64,000 nucleotides of DNA from Caldimonas sp. GTDB taxonomy: Bacteria; Pseudomonadota; Gammaproteobacteria; Burkholderiales; Burkholderiaceae_C. Below are positions 31,569 through 40,974 of this stretch, piece after piece; within the stretch, counting starts at the first letter, position 1; the number at the start of each line of letters is the position of its first letter. The stretch spans positions 288 through 64,287 of the forward strand of contig DATAGP010000005.1 of assembly GCA_036263655.1 (NCBI GenBank). Reading direction: 5' to 3'. A program made the position numbers and the translations under genes. The notes below the pieces were generated by a model, which was not told where the DNA came from, ran no database searches, and was given only the letters and a program-made list of their open reading frames with translations.

Positions 31569-32015
31569 CTACCCCGGGATCTCCGGCTCCACGAGCGTGG
31601 CGAGCTGGGCGAGCGACTCCTGCCAGCCGAGATAGCACATCTCGAGCGGGATGGCTTCGGGGATGCCGTCCTGCAGCACCGACAGCTCGGTCCCGCACAG
31701 CACCGGCTCGAGGTTGACGGTCACCTGCATCACGCCGGGCAGATGGGGATCGTCGAAGGTGTCGGTGTAGCGGATCAGGCGGTGCGGCACCAGCTCCACG
31801 TAGTCGCCGCCGAACGAGTGCGAGTGGCCCGTCGTGAAGTTCCGGAACGACATCCTGAAGGTGCCGCCGGCCACGGCTTCGAGGTGATGGACGGTGCACG
31901 TGAAGCCGTAGGGCGGAAGCCACTTGGCCAGAGCATCGCCTTCGAGGAAGGCACGGTAGAGCTTCTCGGGTTGCGTCTTGAGGACGCGATGCAGGCGAAC
32001 GCTGCGCGACGACAT
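31569..32015 (-). CDS. SRPBCC family protein
   Basis: LHRVL...YRAFL...KWLPPYGF...CYLGWQESL; AAGGAG RBS. Confidence 0.9.
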   Translation of the reverse strand: MSSRSVRLHRVLKTQPEKLYRAFLEGDALAKWLPPYGFTCTVHHLEAVAGGTFRMSFRNFTTGHSHSFGGDYVELVPHRLIRYTDTFDDPHLPGVMQVTVNLEPVLCGTELSVLQDGIPEAIPLEMCYLGWQESLAQLATLVEPEIPG

Positions 32016-32076
32016 GGTGATCTCCTTTTCGGTGGGGTGACAAGGCGCCGGGAAGCATTCCCGCTCTCTCCTTCTG

Positions 32077-32103
32077 GTCGATCGCGGGCCGCGCGTTTCG
32101 ACA
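32077..32103 (-). promoter_or_regulatory. Possible ECF promoter TGTCGA-N16-TCGAC
   Basis: Minus-strand motif about 60 nt upstream of the SRPBCC gene; resembles TGTC...CGWC ECF promoters (inference). Confidence 0.35.
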
Positions 32104-32206
32104 GTCATCGGTTAGGGGAAGACCCGGACCGGCGGCCGTGCCGACCCTCGGCATGCGGTCGGCGCCGCAGCGGTTCAGAATCCGCTCACACGATGACGGG
32201 GGTCGT

Positions 32207-32311
32207 ATGAGCGATCAGAACCTCAGCTACCTGGACCTGCTCGTCCTGCGGGCGCTGCTGATCTGGCCCCTGATCGCCTGGGCAGCGCTGTTCTGCATTC
32301 TCCTGAGATGA
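32207..32311 (+). CDS. Putative 34-aa single-TM small protein
   Basis: MSDQNLSYLDLLVLRALLIWPLIAWAALFCILLR; GC-rich third positions; GGGGGT upstream; below the ORF-track cutoff. Confidence 0.5.
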   Translation: MSDQNLSYLDLLVLRALLIWPLIAWAALFCILLR

Positions 32312-32330
32312 CGTCGGCCGGCGGCGCCCG

Positions 32331-34622
32331 TCACCCGGAGCGCGGCAGGCCGAGCCCGCGCTGGGCGATGAGGCTGCGCTGGATCTCGTTGGTGCCGATG
32401 CTGATGACCCACATCAGCGAGTGACGCAGGCCCTGCTCGTAGCGGCCGTTGCGCAGCGCCCCCGGCGCCCCCTGGGACAGCGCCGCGCGGGGGCCGAGAA
32501 GGTCGAGCGCTGCCTCGCCGAAGCGTTCCATCAGCTCACCCGAGAACACCTTGCTGATCGCGCCGAGCTCGGGCGGCGTCGTCCCGCCGGTCGCCAGCTC
32601 GGCACAGTGGATCATGAGGCGGCGCCCGACCTCGATCTCGGCGGCAAGCGTCGCGATGCGGTCGCGCACCACCGCATCGTCGCGCAGCGCCCCTGACGGC
32701 GAAGACGACTCGCGCACGTCGCGGCAGAGCAGGTCGAACGCGTGCGCTACCTTCAGCACGATGCCGCCGCCGACCAGGCCGCGCTCGTTGGCAAGCGCGT
32801 CGGTGAGCACCTTCCAGCCGCCGTTCAGCGGGCCGACCAGTGCGTCGGCGGGGACGCGGACGTCGTCGTAGAAGATGTTGGCGAAGCTGCCGTCGTACAT
32901 CGTCGTCGCCGGGGTGACCGAGATGCCGGGCGTGTCCATCGGCACGATGAACATGCTGATGCCGGCGTGCGCCGGCCTGGCGTCGCGGTCCGTGCGCGCC
33001 GCGAGGAACATGTACTTGCCCCAGTACGTCGTGGTCCAGATCTTCTGCCCGTTGATGACCCAGTGATCGCCGGCATCGTCGCGGACGCGCACGGCGCTCG
33101 TCCGCAGGGACGCCAGATCCGACCCGGCGTCGGGCTCGCTGTAGCCCATGCCGTGCATCGCCTCGCCGCGCAGGATCTCGGGGAGCCAACGCGCCTGCTG
33201 CGCGGGCGTGCCGAACATCATCAGCGCGTTGGCCTGCACGGCCGCGCCGATCCGCGGCGCCTCGGCGCGCTCCATCACCTCCATGAAGGCGAGCTGCTCG
33301 AGGGGCGTGCGCGCCTGGCCGCCGAACTCGCGCGGCCAGCCGAGGCCCAGCCAGCCGGTGGCGCCGAGGTCGCGCGCGAACGAGGCGTCGAACTCGCGGT
33401 GATGGAATTCCCGCGCGTCGAACGCCGCCTTGCGCTCGCCTGCCCAGTGCTCGGCGAGCCACGCCCGCACCTCGCTGCGGAAGGCGTTGCCGTCGGGGCC
33501 GAGGTCGTACTCCGGCAGCGTCGCCTCGGGGTCGTCGAGCAGCTGCGCCGCCAGCTCGCGGCGCGCCGCAGCCGCCCCGCCGAAGGCGATCGCGTCGAGG
33601 TGCGCGCGACGGAAGTGACGCGGCGCCTCGTGCTCCTCGGCGTAGCCGATGGCACCGAACGCGTGCTGCGTCTCGAGTGACACCTGGCGCAGCGCCGGCG
33701 CGGCGAAGGCGACCGCGGCCGCCGCGAAGTAGCGCCAGGAAGGCGCGCCGAGGTCGAACGACTCGGCGGCGTGCTCGAGCGTGACGCGTACGCCTTCGAG
33801 CGCGATGAGGCTGTTCGCGAGCTTGTGCTGGATCGCCTGGAAGCGGCCGATCGGCTGGCCGAACTGGCGCCGCTCCTTGGCGTAGTCGACCGCCATCTCG
33901 AAGGCGCGCCGCGCGGCGCCGTGGCCGCGGGCGAGCACGGCGACACGGGCGACGCGCAGCAGGTCGGCGATCGCCTCGTCGCCGATCGGCACGAATGCCG
34001 CCGGGGCTTCCGTCAGCGTGACCTCGGCGAGGCCCTCGGCGCCGAGGGCGCGAGTCGGCGTCACGCGGGCCGCCTCGCCGGCGAGCTCGACGATGGCCAA
34101 GCCGCTCCGGTCGCGAGTCGTCGCGACGACCAGATGCGTCGCTGCCACGGCTGCATCGACGAAGCGGACGGTGCCGCTGACGCGCTCGCCGTGCCAGGCG
34201 ATCGCGGCGGCATGGGCGCCGGAGTCGTGCGCCGCGAAGCTCCAGCAGACGCGCGCCGCGCCGGAATGGAGACGGTCGACGAGCGCTGCCGCCGAACCGG
34301 GCGCGTCTCGGCCTGCGGCGAACGCCAGGTTGGCGAGGAGCGCGCCGAGAAACGGCGCAGGGCACGCCGCGCGGCCGAGCGCCTCCATGACGATCGCCGC
34401 TTCGCGCAGCCGGCCTTCGCTCGGCTCGCTGCCCAGCGCCGCGACGCCTTGCTCGACCAGCAGCGACCAGATCGCGGCCAGCGCGACAGGGTCGCGACCA
34501 CGCGCGATGGCGTCCGCGCCAGGCCAGTGCGTCTCGAGGAAGCCGCGCATCGAATCGCGCAGCATCCCGTGCTCTTCCGCACCCGGCAGCGCGCCCGCGT
34601 CGACGCGGGACGGGTCGATCAT
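32331..34622 (-). CDS. Fused two-domain acyl-CoA dehydrogenase
   Basis: 763 aa; N-half has RRQFGQPIGRFQAIQH and GAIGYAEE; C-half has GYSEPDAGSDLASL, NGQKIWT and IGTNEIQR. Confidence 0.9.
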   Translation of the reverse strand: MIDPSRVDAGALPGAEEHGMLRDSMRGFLETHWPGADAIARGRDPVALAAIWSLLVEQGVAALGSEPSEGRLREAAIVMEALGRAACPAPFLGALLANLAFAAGRDAPGSAAALVDRLHSGAARVCWSFAAHDSGAHAAAIAWHGERVSGTVRFVDAAVAATHLVVATTRDRSGLAIVELAGEAARVTPTRALGAEGLAEVTLTEAPAAFVPIGDEAIADLLRVARVAVLARGHGAARRAFEMAVDYAKERRQFGQPIGRFQAIQHKLANSLIALEGVRVTLEHAAESFDLGAPSWRYFAAAAVAFAAPALRQVSLETQHAFGAIGYAEEHEAPRHFRRAHLDAIAFGGAAAARRELAAQLLDDPEATLPEYDLGPDGNAFRSEVRAWLAEHWAGERKAAFDAREFHHREFDASFARDLGATGWLGLGWPREFGGQARTPLEQLAFMEVMERAEAPRIGAAVQANALMMFGTPAQQARWLPEILRGEAMHGMGYSEPDAGSDLASLRTSAVRVRDDAGDHWVINGQKIWTTTYWGKYMFLAARTDRDARPAHAGISMFIVPMDTPGISVTPATTMYDGSFANIFYDDVRVPADALVGPLNGGWKVLTDALANERGLVGGGIVLKVAHAFDLLCRDVRESSSPSGALRDDAVVRDRIATLAAEIEVGRRLMIHCAELATGGTTPPELGAISKVFSGELMERFGEAALDLLGPRAALSQGAPGALRNGRYEQGLRHSLMWVISIGTNEIQRSLIAQRGLGLPRSG

Positions 34623-35830
34623 GCGTGCGCCTTGCCGAACGTGCCCCGGGCGCGCAACGCCGAGATCGCCGCCGGATCGAGGCCCAGCGTGTCGCGCAGC
34701 ACCTCCTCGGTGTGCTCGCCGAGGGCGGCGACGAAGGGCTTTGCCGCAACGGGCGTTGCAGAGAGGCGGTACGGCAGGTTGGCGACCTTGTACGGCGCGT
34801 CGGCGTCGCCCAGTTCGACGAAGAGGCCGCGCTCCGCGCACTGCGGATCGGCCATGGCCTCGGCGACGCTGCGGTAGCGCGAGCAGGGAACGCCGGCACG
34901 CATGAAGATCTGTTCGCACTCGGCGCCGGTGCGGGTGGCCGTCCAGCGCTCGATCAGCGCCAGCAGGGCCGGCCAATTGGCCTCCTTGGTGGCCATCGTC
35001 GCGAAGCGCGGATCGGTCTTGCCTTCCGGATAGCCGATCGTGTCGAACAGGACCTCCAGGTTCTTCTGCGTCACCGCCGCGACCATGACGTAGCCGTCGC
35101 TGGCACGGACCGGCTCGTAGACCTGACGCGGCCGCTCGGGCGGGAACTGCGCTGCCTGGATCTCGTAGATCAGCATGCCGAGGACGGAATCCATCAGCGA
35201 AACGTCGATGTGCTGGCCCTTGTCGCTCTTCTCGCGCTCGTAGAGGGCGAGCTGGATCGCGCCGAACGCGTACGACGCACCCATCACGTCGGCGATGAAG
35301 ATGCCGTTGTTGGCCGGCCGGTCGCTGCCGCGCTGGTAGAGGTTGTAGGCGACCTCGTAGCCCGAGGCGGCGTGGATCACGGGCGCGTAGGCCGGCGCGG
35401 AAGCCATCGGGCCGGTCTGGCCGAAGCCCGAGATCGAGGCGTAGACCAGGCGCGGATTCGATCGCGACACGCTCTCGTAGTCGAGGCCGAGGCGCTTCAT
35501 CACGCCCGGGCGGAAGTTCTCGACCACGACGTCGGCGCGGGCGACCAGCTCGCGCGCGAGGCGCTTGCCGTCCTCCGTCTGCAGGTCGAGGACGAGGCTC
35601 TTCTTGCCGCAGTTCATCGACGCGTAGTAGGTGCTCATGCCGCCGCGCTGCGGTGGTCGCTGGCGCACGATGTCGCCGTCGGGCGGCTCGACCTTCAGCA
35701 CCTCGGCGCCGGCGTCCGCGAGCATCCGCGTGCACATCGGGCCCGACATGACGATGGTGAAGTCGACGACGCGCAAGCCGGCGAGCGCATGGCGCCGGTC
35801 TCCGCTCGGCTGTGCCGCCGCGGCGCTCAT
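34619..35830 (-). CDS. CaiB/BaiF family III CoA-transferase
   Basis: LADAGAEVLKVE, KKSLVLDL, ENFRPG, SGFGQTGP, LGEHT. Confidence 0.93.
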   Translation of the reverse strand: MSAAAAQPSGDRRHALAGLRVVDFTIVMSGPMCTRMLADAGAEVLKVEPPDGDIVRQRPPQRGGMSTYYASMNCGKKSLVLDLQTEDGKRLARELVARADVVVENFRPGVMKRLGLDYESVSRSNPRLVYASISGFGQTGPMASAPAYAPVIHAASGYEVAYNLYQRGSDRPANNGIFIADVMGASYAFGAIQLALYEREKSDKGQHIDVSLMDSVLGMLIYEIQAAQFPPERPRQVYEPVRASDGYVMVAAVTQKNLEVLFDTIGYPEGKTDPRFATMATKEANWPALLALIERWTATRTGAECEQIFMRAGVPCSRYRSVAEAMADPQCAERGLFVELGDADAPYKVANLPYRLSATPVAAKPFVAALGEHTEEVLRDTLGLDPAAISALRARGTFGKAHA

Positions 35831-36636
35831 CCCGTGAACACCGGCTTGCGGCGTTCCTTGAACGCCTTGGTCGCCTCCCGATGGTCGGCGGTCGCGAAGG
35901 TCACCTGCTCGAGCGCCATCGACGCTTCCATCAGGCGGTTGACGCGGTCCTTGACGATCTGGTTGATCGACAGCTTGGTCCAGCGGATCGCCCACGTCGG
36001 GCCGTGCGCCAGCTCGAGCGCGATCCTGCGCGCCTCGGCCAGCACCTCGCCCGCGGGCAGGCAGTGGTTGACGAGGCCGATGCGCTCCGCTTCGCGGCCC
36101 TTCAGCAGCGTGCCGCGCATCAGGAACTCCTTGGCCTTCGAGACGCCGACGAGCAGCGGCCAGATCACCGTGCCGCCGTCGCCGGCGACGAGGCCGACCT
36201 TGTTGACGTGGCTGTCGCCGATGCGCGCGTCCTCCGACATCACCGTGATGTCGCACAGCAGGGCGATGGTCGCGGCCAGGCCGATGCAGTCGCCGTTGAT
36301 GGCGCAGACGATCGGCTTGTCGAGCTCGAGGAGACGGTTGACGAGGCGCCGGCTGATCATCGGATCGTGGACTTCGCCTTCCTCGAGCACGTCGCCGCCG
36401 GGCCGCTCCGACATCGCCTTGACGTCGCCGCCGACGCTGAAGATCGGCCCGGCGCCGGTGACGAGGACGGCGCTCACCGCCATGTCGTCGGCGAGGTCGT
36501 CCCAGATGGTGCGCAGCTCGCGGATGAGGCGCTGGTTGATGGCGTTGCGCGCTTCCGGGCGGTTGATGGTCACGGTCGCGAGCTTGTCGGCGACGTCGAT
36601 CCTGAGGTCCTGGTAGTGCTCGTAGCGGGATGGCAT
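35827..36636 (-). CDS. Enoyl-CoA hydratase/isomerase
   Basis: INRPEARNA, FSVGGD, KPIVCAING, GLVAGDGG. Confidence 0.92.
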   Translation of the reverse strand: MPSRYEHYQDLRIDVADKLATVTINRPEARNAINQRLIRELRTIWDDLADDMAVSAVLVTGAGPIFSVGGDVKAMSERPGGDVLEEGEVHDPMISRRLVNRLLELDKPIVCAINGDCIGLAATIALLCDITVMSEDARIGDSHVNKVGLVAGDGGTVIWPLLVGVSKAKEFLMRGTLLKGREAERIGLVNHCLPAGEVLAEARRIALELAHGPTWAIRWTKLSINQIVKDRVNRLMEASMALEQVTFATADHREATKAFKERRKPVFTG

Positions 36637-36670
36637 GGCGGGGCCTTTGCAGAGGTTGAGGGAGGAGCGC

Positions 36671-37633
36671 TCAGTCGGCGCGGATGTTGTTGTCGCGGAT
36701 CACCGGCGTCCAGCGGGCGATCTCTTCGGTCGTCATCTGGGCGAGCTTCTGCGGCGTCGCCGTCTTAGGGATGACGCCGAAGGTCGCGAACTTCTGCTGC
36801 ACCTCGGCGATCTGCAGCGTCTTGCCGATGGCGTCGTTGAGCCTGGCGACGATGTCGGCAGGCATTCCGGCGGGGCCGACGATCGCGAACCAGCTCTCGG
36901 CCGAGTAGCCGGGGAAGACCGATCCGATCGTCGGCGTGCCGGGCGCCAGCGGCGAGGGCTCGGTGGATCCGACCCCCAGCAGCTTGAGCCGCTTGTTGGC
37001 GATGAACTCGTTCATCGCCGCCGACGGCGTCGTGATGAGCAGCTGTACCTCGCCGGCGATCACCGCGGTGGTGGTCGGCGCCTGGCCCTTGTACGGGATG
37101 TGCGTCATCTTCACGCCCGCCTTGTTGGCGAAGAGCTCCGTCGACAGCTGGCCGAACGAGCCGATGCCCGCCGAGGCGTAGGCGACCGGGTTCTTCTTCG
37201 CGTACTCGACGAAGCCGCGCAGGTCGCTGACCGGCAGCGCCGCCGGAACGACCGCGACCATCGGCGCGCTCGAGACGAGCGCGATCGGCGTGAAGTCCCG
37301 GGCGGCATCGTAGTTGGCGTCCTTGGCGACGTACGGCGTCACCGCGAGGTTGCCGTTGTTGACGAAGAACAGCGTGTAGCCGTCGGGCTTGGAGCGGATC
37401 ACCTCGCGCGCGGCGAGCACGCCCGAGGCGCCGGCCTTGTTCTCGATGATCACCGCCTGGCCGAGCAGCTTCTGCAGCGGCTCCTGCATGGTGCGCGCCA
37501 TGTTGTCGGTCGATCCGCCGGCCGCGTACGGCACGACGAGCCGGATCGGCTTGTCGGGAAAGGACTGGGCGAGAGCCGCGCCGGGGAGCGCCAGCGCCGC
37601 AGCGCCGAGCCAGGCCAGAAAAGTACGCTTCAT
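36671..37633 (-). CDS. Bug/TctC tripartite tricarboxylate transporter substrate-binding protein
   Basis: Signal peptide; FPDKPIRLVVPYAAGGSTD; ENKAGASG; HIPYKG. Confidence 0.93.
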   Translation of the reverse strand: MKRTFLAWLGAAALALPGAALAQSFPDKPIRLVVPYAAGGSTDNMARTMQEPLQKLLGQAVIIENKAGASGVLAAREVIRSKPDGYTLFFVNNGNLAVTPYVAKDANYDAARDFTPIALVSSAPMVAVVPAALPVSDLRGFVEYAKKNPVAYASAGIGSFGQLSTELFANKAGVKMTHIPYKGQAPTTTAVIAGEVQLLITTPSAAMNEFIANKRLKLLGVGSTEPSPLAPGTPTIGSVFPGYSAESWFAIVGPAGMPADIVARLNDAIGKTLQIAEVQQKFATFGVIPKTATPQKLAQMTTEEIARWTPVIRDNNIRAD

Positions 37634-37655
37634 CGATGTCTCCTGTCGGTGGGGT

Positions 37656-38798
37656 TCAAAGCTTCAGCAGGTGGCGCGCGATCACCACCCGCTGGATCTG
37701 GTTCGTGCCCTCGAAGATCTGGGCCAGCTTGGCGTCGCGCATCATCCGTTCGACCGGATAGTCCTTGGTGTAGCCGTAGCCGCCGAAGATCTGCACGGCG
37801 TCGGTGGTCACCTTCATCGCCATGTCGCTGGCGACGCACTTGGCCATGCTGGCGAGCACGTTGAGGCGGTCCCAGTCGCCGGCGTCGCCGGCGCGCGCGC
37901 ACTCGTAGACGAGCGCGCGCGACGCCTCGATGCCCATGGCCATGTCGGCGAGCATGAACTGCACGCCCTGGAAGTCGGCGATCGGCTGCTTGAACTGCTT
38001 GCGTTCCTTGGCGTAGGCCAGCGACGCGTCGAGCGCGCCCTGGGCCATGCCGACGCACTGCGCGCCGATCGTCGGCCGGTTCAGGTCGAGGGCGCGGAGC
38101 GAGGCACGGAAGCCCTTGCCCTCCTCGCCGACCATGTTCTCCACGGGAACGCGGACGTTGTCGAGGAAGATCGGCGTGTTGGGCGCGCCGCGCCAGCCCA
38201 TCTTCCGCTCGTGGCGCCCGAAGGTGATGCCCTTCATCGTCTTCGGCTCGAGCACGAAGGAGCTGATGCCGGAGCTGCCGCGCTCGCCCGAGGTGCGCGC
38301 CATGAGCACGATGTACTCGGCATCGACGCCGTAGCTGCACCACTGCTTCCGGCCGTTGATGACGTAGCAGTCGCCGTCGCGCACGGCGCGCGTCTGCATC
38401 GCGCTGACGTCGGATCCGGCCTGCGGCTCGGAGATCGCGATCGCGGTGACGACACCGCCTTGCGCGATCCGCGGCAGGAATCGCCGGCGCTGCTCCTCGG
38501 TGCCGAAGTGGATCAGCGGCATGATGAACATCGTGTTCAGGCCGGCGATCGAGCCGCACGCCGGCGACACGCGCGAGATCTCCTCGCGGGCGATGCACAT
38601 CAGCGTCAGGTTTCCCTCGGGGCCGCCGTACTTCTCGGGCACCCAGAGCTGCATCAGCCCCATGTCGCCGTAGATGGGCAGCAGCTCGGTCGGGAAGCGA
38701 TCGGACTCGTCGATCTCGGCGGCGATGGGCGCGACATGGCGCTCGACCATCCTGCGGATCCCGTCGCGGAACGCGACTTGCTCTTCGGTGAAGTTCAC
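37656..38798 (-). CDS. Acyl-CoA dehydrogenase
   Basis: GTG start VNFTEEQ; SEPQAGSD; RKQFKQPI; [17 protein letters not shown]. Confidence 0.92.
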   Translation of the reverse strand: MNFTEEQVAFRDGIRRMVERHVAPIAAEIDESDRFPTELLPIYGDMGLMQLWVPEKYGGPEGNLTLMCIAREEISRVSPACGSIAGLNTMFIMPLIHFGTEEQRRRFLPRIAQGGVVTAIAISEPQAGSDVSAMQTRAVRDGDCYVINGRKQWCSYGVDAEYIVLMARTSGERGSSGISSFVLEPKTMKGITFGRHERKMGWRGAPNTPIFLDNVRVPVENMVGEEGKGFRASLRALDLNRPTIGAQCVGMAQGALDASLAYAKERKQFKQPIADFQGVQFMLADMAMGIEASRALVYECARAGDAGDWDRLNVLASMAKCVASDMAMKVTTDAVQIFGGYGYTKDYPVERMMRDAKLAQIFEGTNQIQRVVIARHLLKL

Positions 38799-38846
38799 AG
38801 GCGGCCCTGAAGTGGAGGTACAGTCCTCGCAATGGCACCGACATCT

Positions 38847-38861
38847 ATTGGTGCTACCATT
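38847..38861. promoter_or_regulatory. FadR/PdhR-type operator ATTGGT-GCT-ACCATT
   Basis: Matches the TGGT-N3-ACCA dyad; sits in the divergent spacer next to the GntR gene. Confidence 0.65.
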
Positions 38862-38879
38862 CATTATGGGTGCCGTTCA

Positions 38880-39695
38880 ATGAACACGTCAAGTCCGCCG
38901 AAGCGCGAGGGGTTTTCGCCGTCGGTCGCGACCGCCGACGGGCGCGCGGCGCCCACCTTCGAGCCGATCCGCACGCGTCGCGCCTTCGAGGAGATCTGCG
39001 ACCGCATCCGCGCGCAGATCGCCGCCGGCACGCTCCGGCCGGGCGACAAGCTGCCGCCGGAGCGCGAGCTGGCCGAGCAGCTCGGTGTCGGCAGGAACGC
39101 CCTGCGGGAGGCGCTGCGGAGCCTGGAGATCGCCGGCATCGTGCGCCTGCAGAAGGGCACCAAGGGGGGCGCCTTCATCCAGGCGGGCGACGCCAGCCGC
39201 ATGGACGAGGTCGTGCGCGACATGCTGAGCCTGGGGTCGATCTCGGTCGCCGAGCTGACCGAGGCCCGGGTGCACATCCAGGACCTGGTCGTCCGCCTCG
39301 CCTGCGAGCGCGCGACCGCCGCCGACCTCGACGCGATCGCCGCGAACGTCGAGCGCACCGAGGAGGTGACGGCCGCCGGGAAGTACCTCGAGCGCGTCGA
39401 GTGCTCGCGCGAGTTCTACCGCCTGCTCGTCGCCGCGGCGCACAACCAGGTGCTGGCGATGATGGTGCGTTCCGTCACCGAGATCCTGATGCAGTTCGTC
39501 TACACCCGGGTCGCCGGGGGCGGCAAGCCGCAGCCCCGACTGGTGGAGAAGCGGCGTGCCTTCCTCGCTGCCCTGCGGGCGCGCGACGCCGAGCTGGCGA
39601 CGCGGCTCATGCGCAATCATCTGGCCTCGGTGCACCGGCTGCTCGAGCCGTTCATCGATGCGGCTCCGGCGCGCTCGCGGGCCAAGGCCGCCTGA
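38880..39695 (+). CDS. GntR/FadR family regulator
   Basis: LRPGDKLPPERELAEQLGVGRNALREAL plus FCD domain. Confidence 0.93.
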   Translation: MNTSSPPKREGFSPSVATADGRAAPTFEPIRTRRAFEEICDRIRAQIAAGTLRPGDKLPPERELAEQLGVGRNALREALRSLEIAGIVRLQKGTKGGAFIQAGDASRMDEVVRDMLSLGSISVAELTEARVHIQDLVVRLACERATAADLDAIAANVERTEEVTAAGKYLERVECSREFYRLLVAAAHNQVLAMMVRSVTEILMQFVYTRVAGGGKPQPRLVEKRRAFLAALRARDAELATRLMRNHLASVHRLLEPFIDAAPARSRAKAA

Positions 39696-39708
39696 CCGCC
39701 CGCGCACC

Positions 39709-40974
39709 ATGAAACGCTCCGAACTGACCCCCCTTCAGACCTGGTCCATCCTCTGCGGCGCGGCGCTGATGCTGAGCCTGGCGATGGGGATGCGGCAGAG
39801 CCTCGGGCTCTTCCAGCCGCAGATGATCCGCGACATCGGCATCAGCGCAGCCCAGTTCTCGTTCGCGATCGCGATCCAGAACATCGTCTGGGGCCTGACG
39901 CAGCCGTTCGCCGGCATGCTCGCGGACCGCTGGGGCTCGCGGCCGGTCGCACTCGGCGGCGTCGTCGTCTACGCGGTCGGGCTCGGCCTGGCGATCGTCG
40001 CCCAGTCGCCCTGGCTGCTGACCCTGGGCGTCGGCATCTGCATCGGCGTGGCGCTCTCCTGCACCGCGTCGAGCATCGTCATGAGCATCACCTCGCGCAC
40101 GGTCACGCCGGCGCGCCGCAGCGTCGCCATGGGTGCGGTGTCCGCGGTCGGCTCGATCGGGCTGGTGCTGGCGGCGCCGCTGGCGCAGTCGCTGCTGTCG
40201 TCGCACGGCTGGAAGATCGCGCTGCTGGCGTTCGTCGTCCTCGCCATCGCCATGCTGCCGGCGGCCTGGAGCGCCAGTGCGGCCGACCGCATTTCACTCG
40301 AGGACCAGGGGCCGGCACAGTCCATCGGCGCCGCCGTGCGCGAGGCGGCCGGCCATCCCGGCTACGTGGTGATGGCGATCGCCTTCTTCGTGTGCGGCCT
40401 GCAGCTCGTCTTCCTGACGACGCACCTGCCGACCTATCTCGACATCTGCGGCATGGATCCGGGCCTCGGCGCGCAGGCGCTGGCCATGATCGGCCTCTTC
40501 AATGTCGCCGGCTCGTACCTGTTCGGCTGGCTCGGCGGGCGGTATTCGAAGCGCGCGCTGCTCGGCGGCATCTACGTGCTGCGCTCGCTCTTCATGGTCG
40601 CCTACTTCGTCGTGCCGCCGTCACCGACGTCGACCCTGGTCTTCGCGGCGGCCATGGGCACGCTCTGGCTCGGCGTCGTGCCGCTGGTGAACGGACTCGT
40701 CGTGCACCTGTTCGGGCTGCGCTACATGGCGACGCTGTCGGGAATCGCCTTCTTCAGCCACCAGCTCGGCTCGTTCGTCGGCGCCTACGGCGGCGGGCTC
40801 ATCTACAGCGCGATGGGCTCCTACGACCTGGCCTGGCAGGGCGCGGTGGCGATCGGCGTCGCCGCCGGCATCGTGCAGATGACGATGAACGTGCGTCCGT
40901 CGGCACGGGTGGCGCGGGAGCGCGAGCAGGCCGCGCAGGTCGAGGCGATGCCGCGACCGATCATGTCGTCGTGA
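39709..40974 (+). CDS. MFS transporter
   Basis: GMLADRWG, FFVCG, HQLGSF; many TM helices. Confidence 0.92.
   Translation: MKRSELTPLQTWSILCGAALMLSLAMGMRQSLGLFQPQMIRDIGISAAQFSFAIAIQNIVWGLTQPFAGMLADRWGSRPVALGGVVVYAVGLGLAIVAQSPWLLTLGVGICIGVALSCTASSIVMSITSRTVTPARRSVAMGAVSAVGSIGLVLAAPLAQSLLSSHGWKIALLAFVVLAIAMLPAAWSASAADRISLEDQGPAQSIGAAVREAAGHPGYVVMAIAFFVCGLQLVFLTTHLPTYLDICGMDPGLGAQALAMIGLFNVAGSYLFGWLGGRYSKRALLGGIYVLRSLFMVAYFVVPPSPTSTLVFAAAMGTLWLGVVPLVNGLVVHLFGLRYMATLSGIAFFSHQLGSFVGAYGGGLIYSAMGSYDLAWQGAVAIGVAAGIVQMTMNVRPSARVAREREQAAQVEAMPRPIMSS

Noticed and set aside
32331-36256. Triple fusion suggested by track ORFs 32331-35735 and 34619-36256
   Set aside because: The upstream extensions are off-frame readings of neighbouring genes; the real genes are joined by 4-nt ATGA overlaps.
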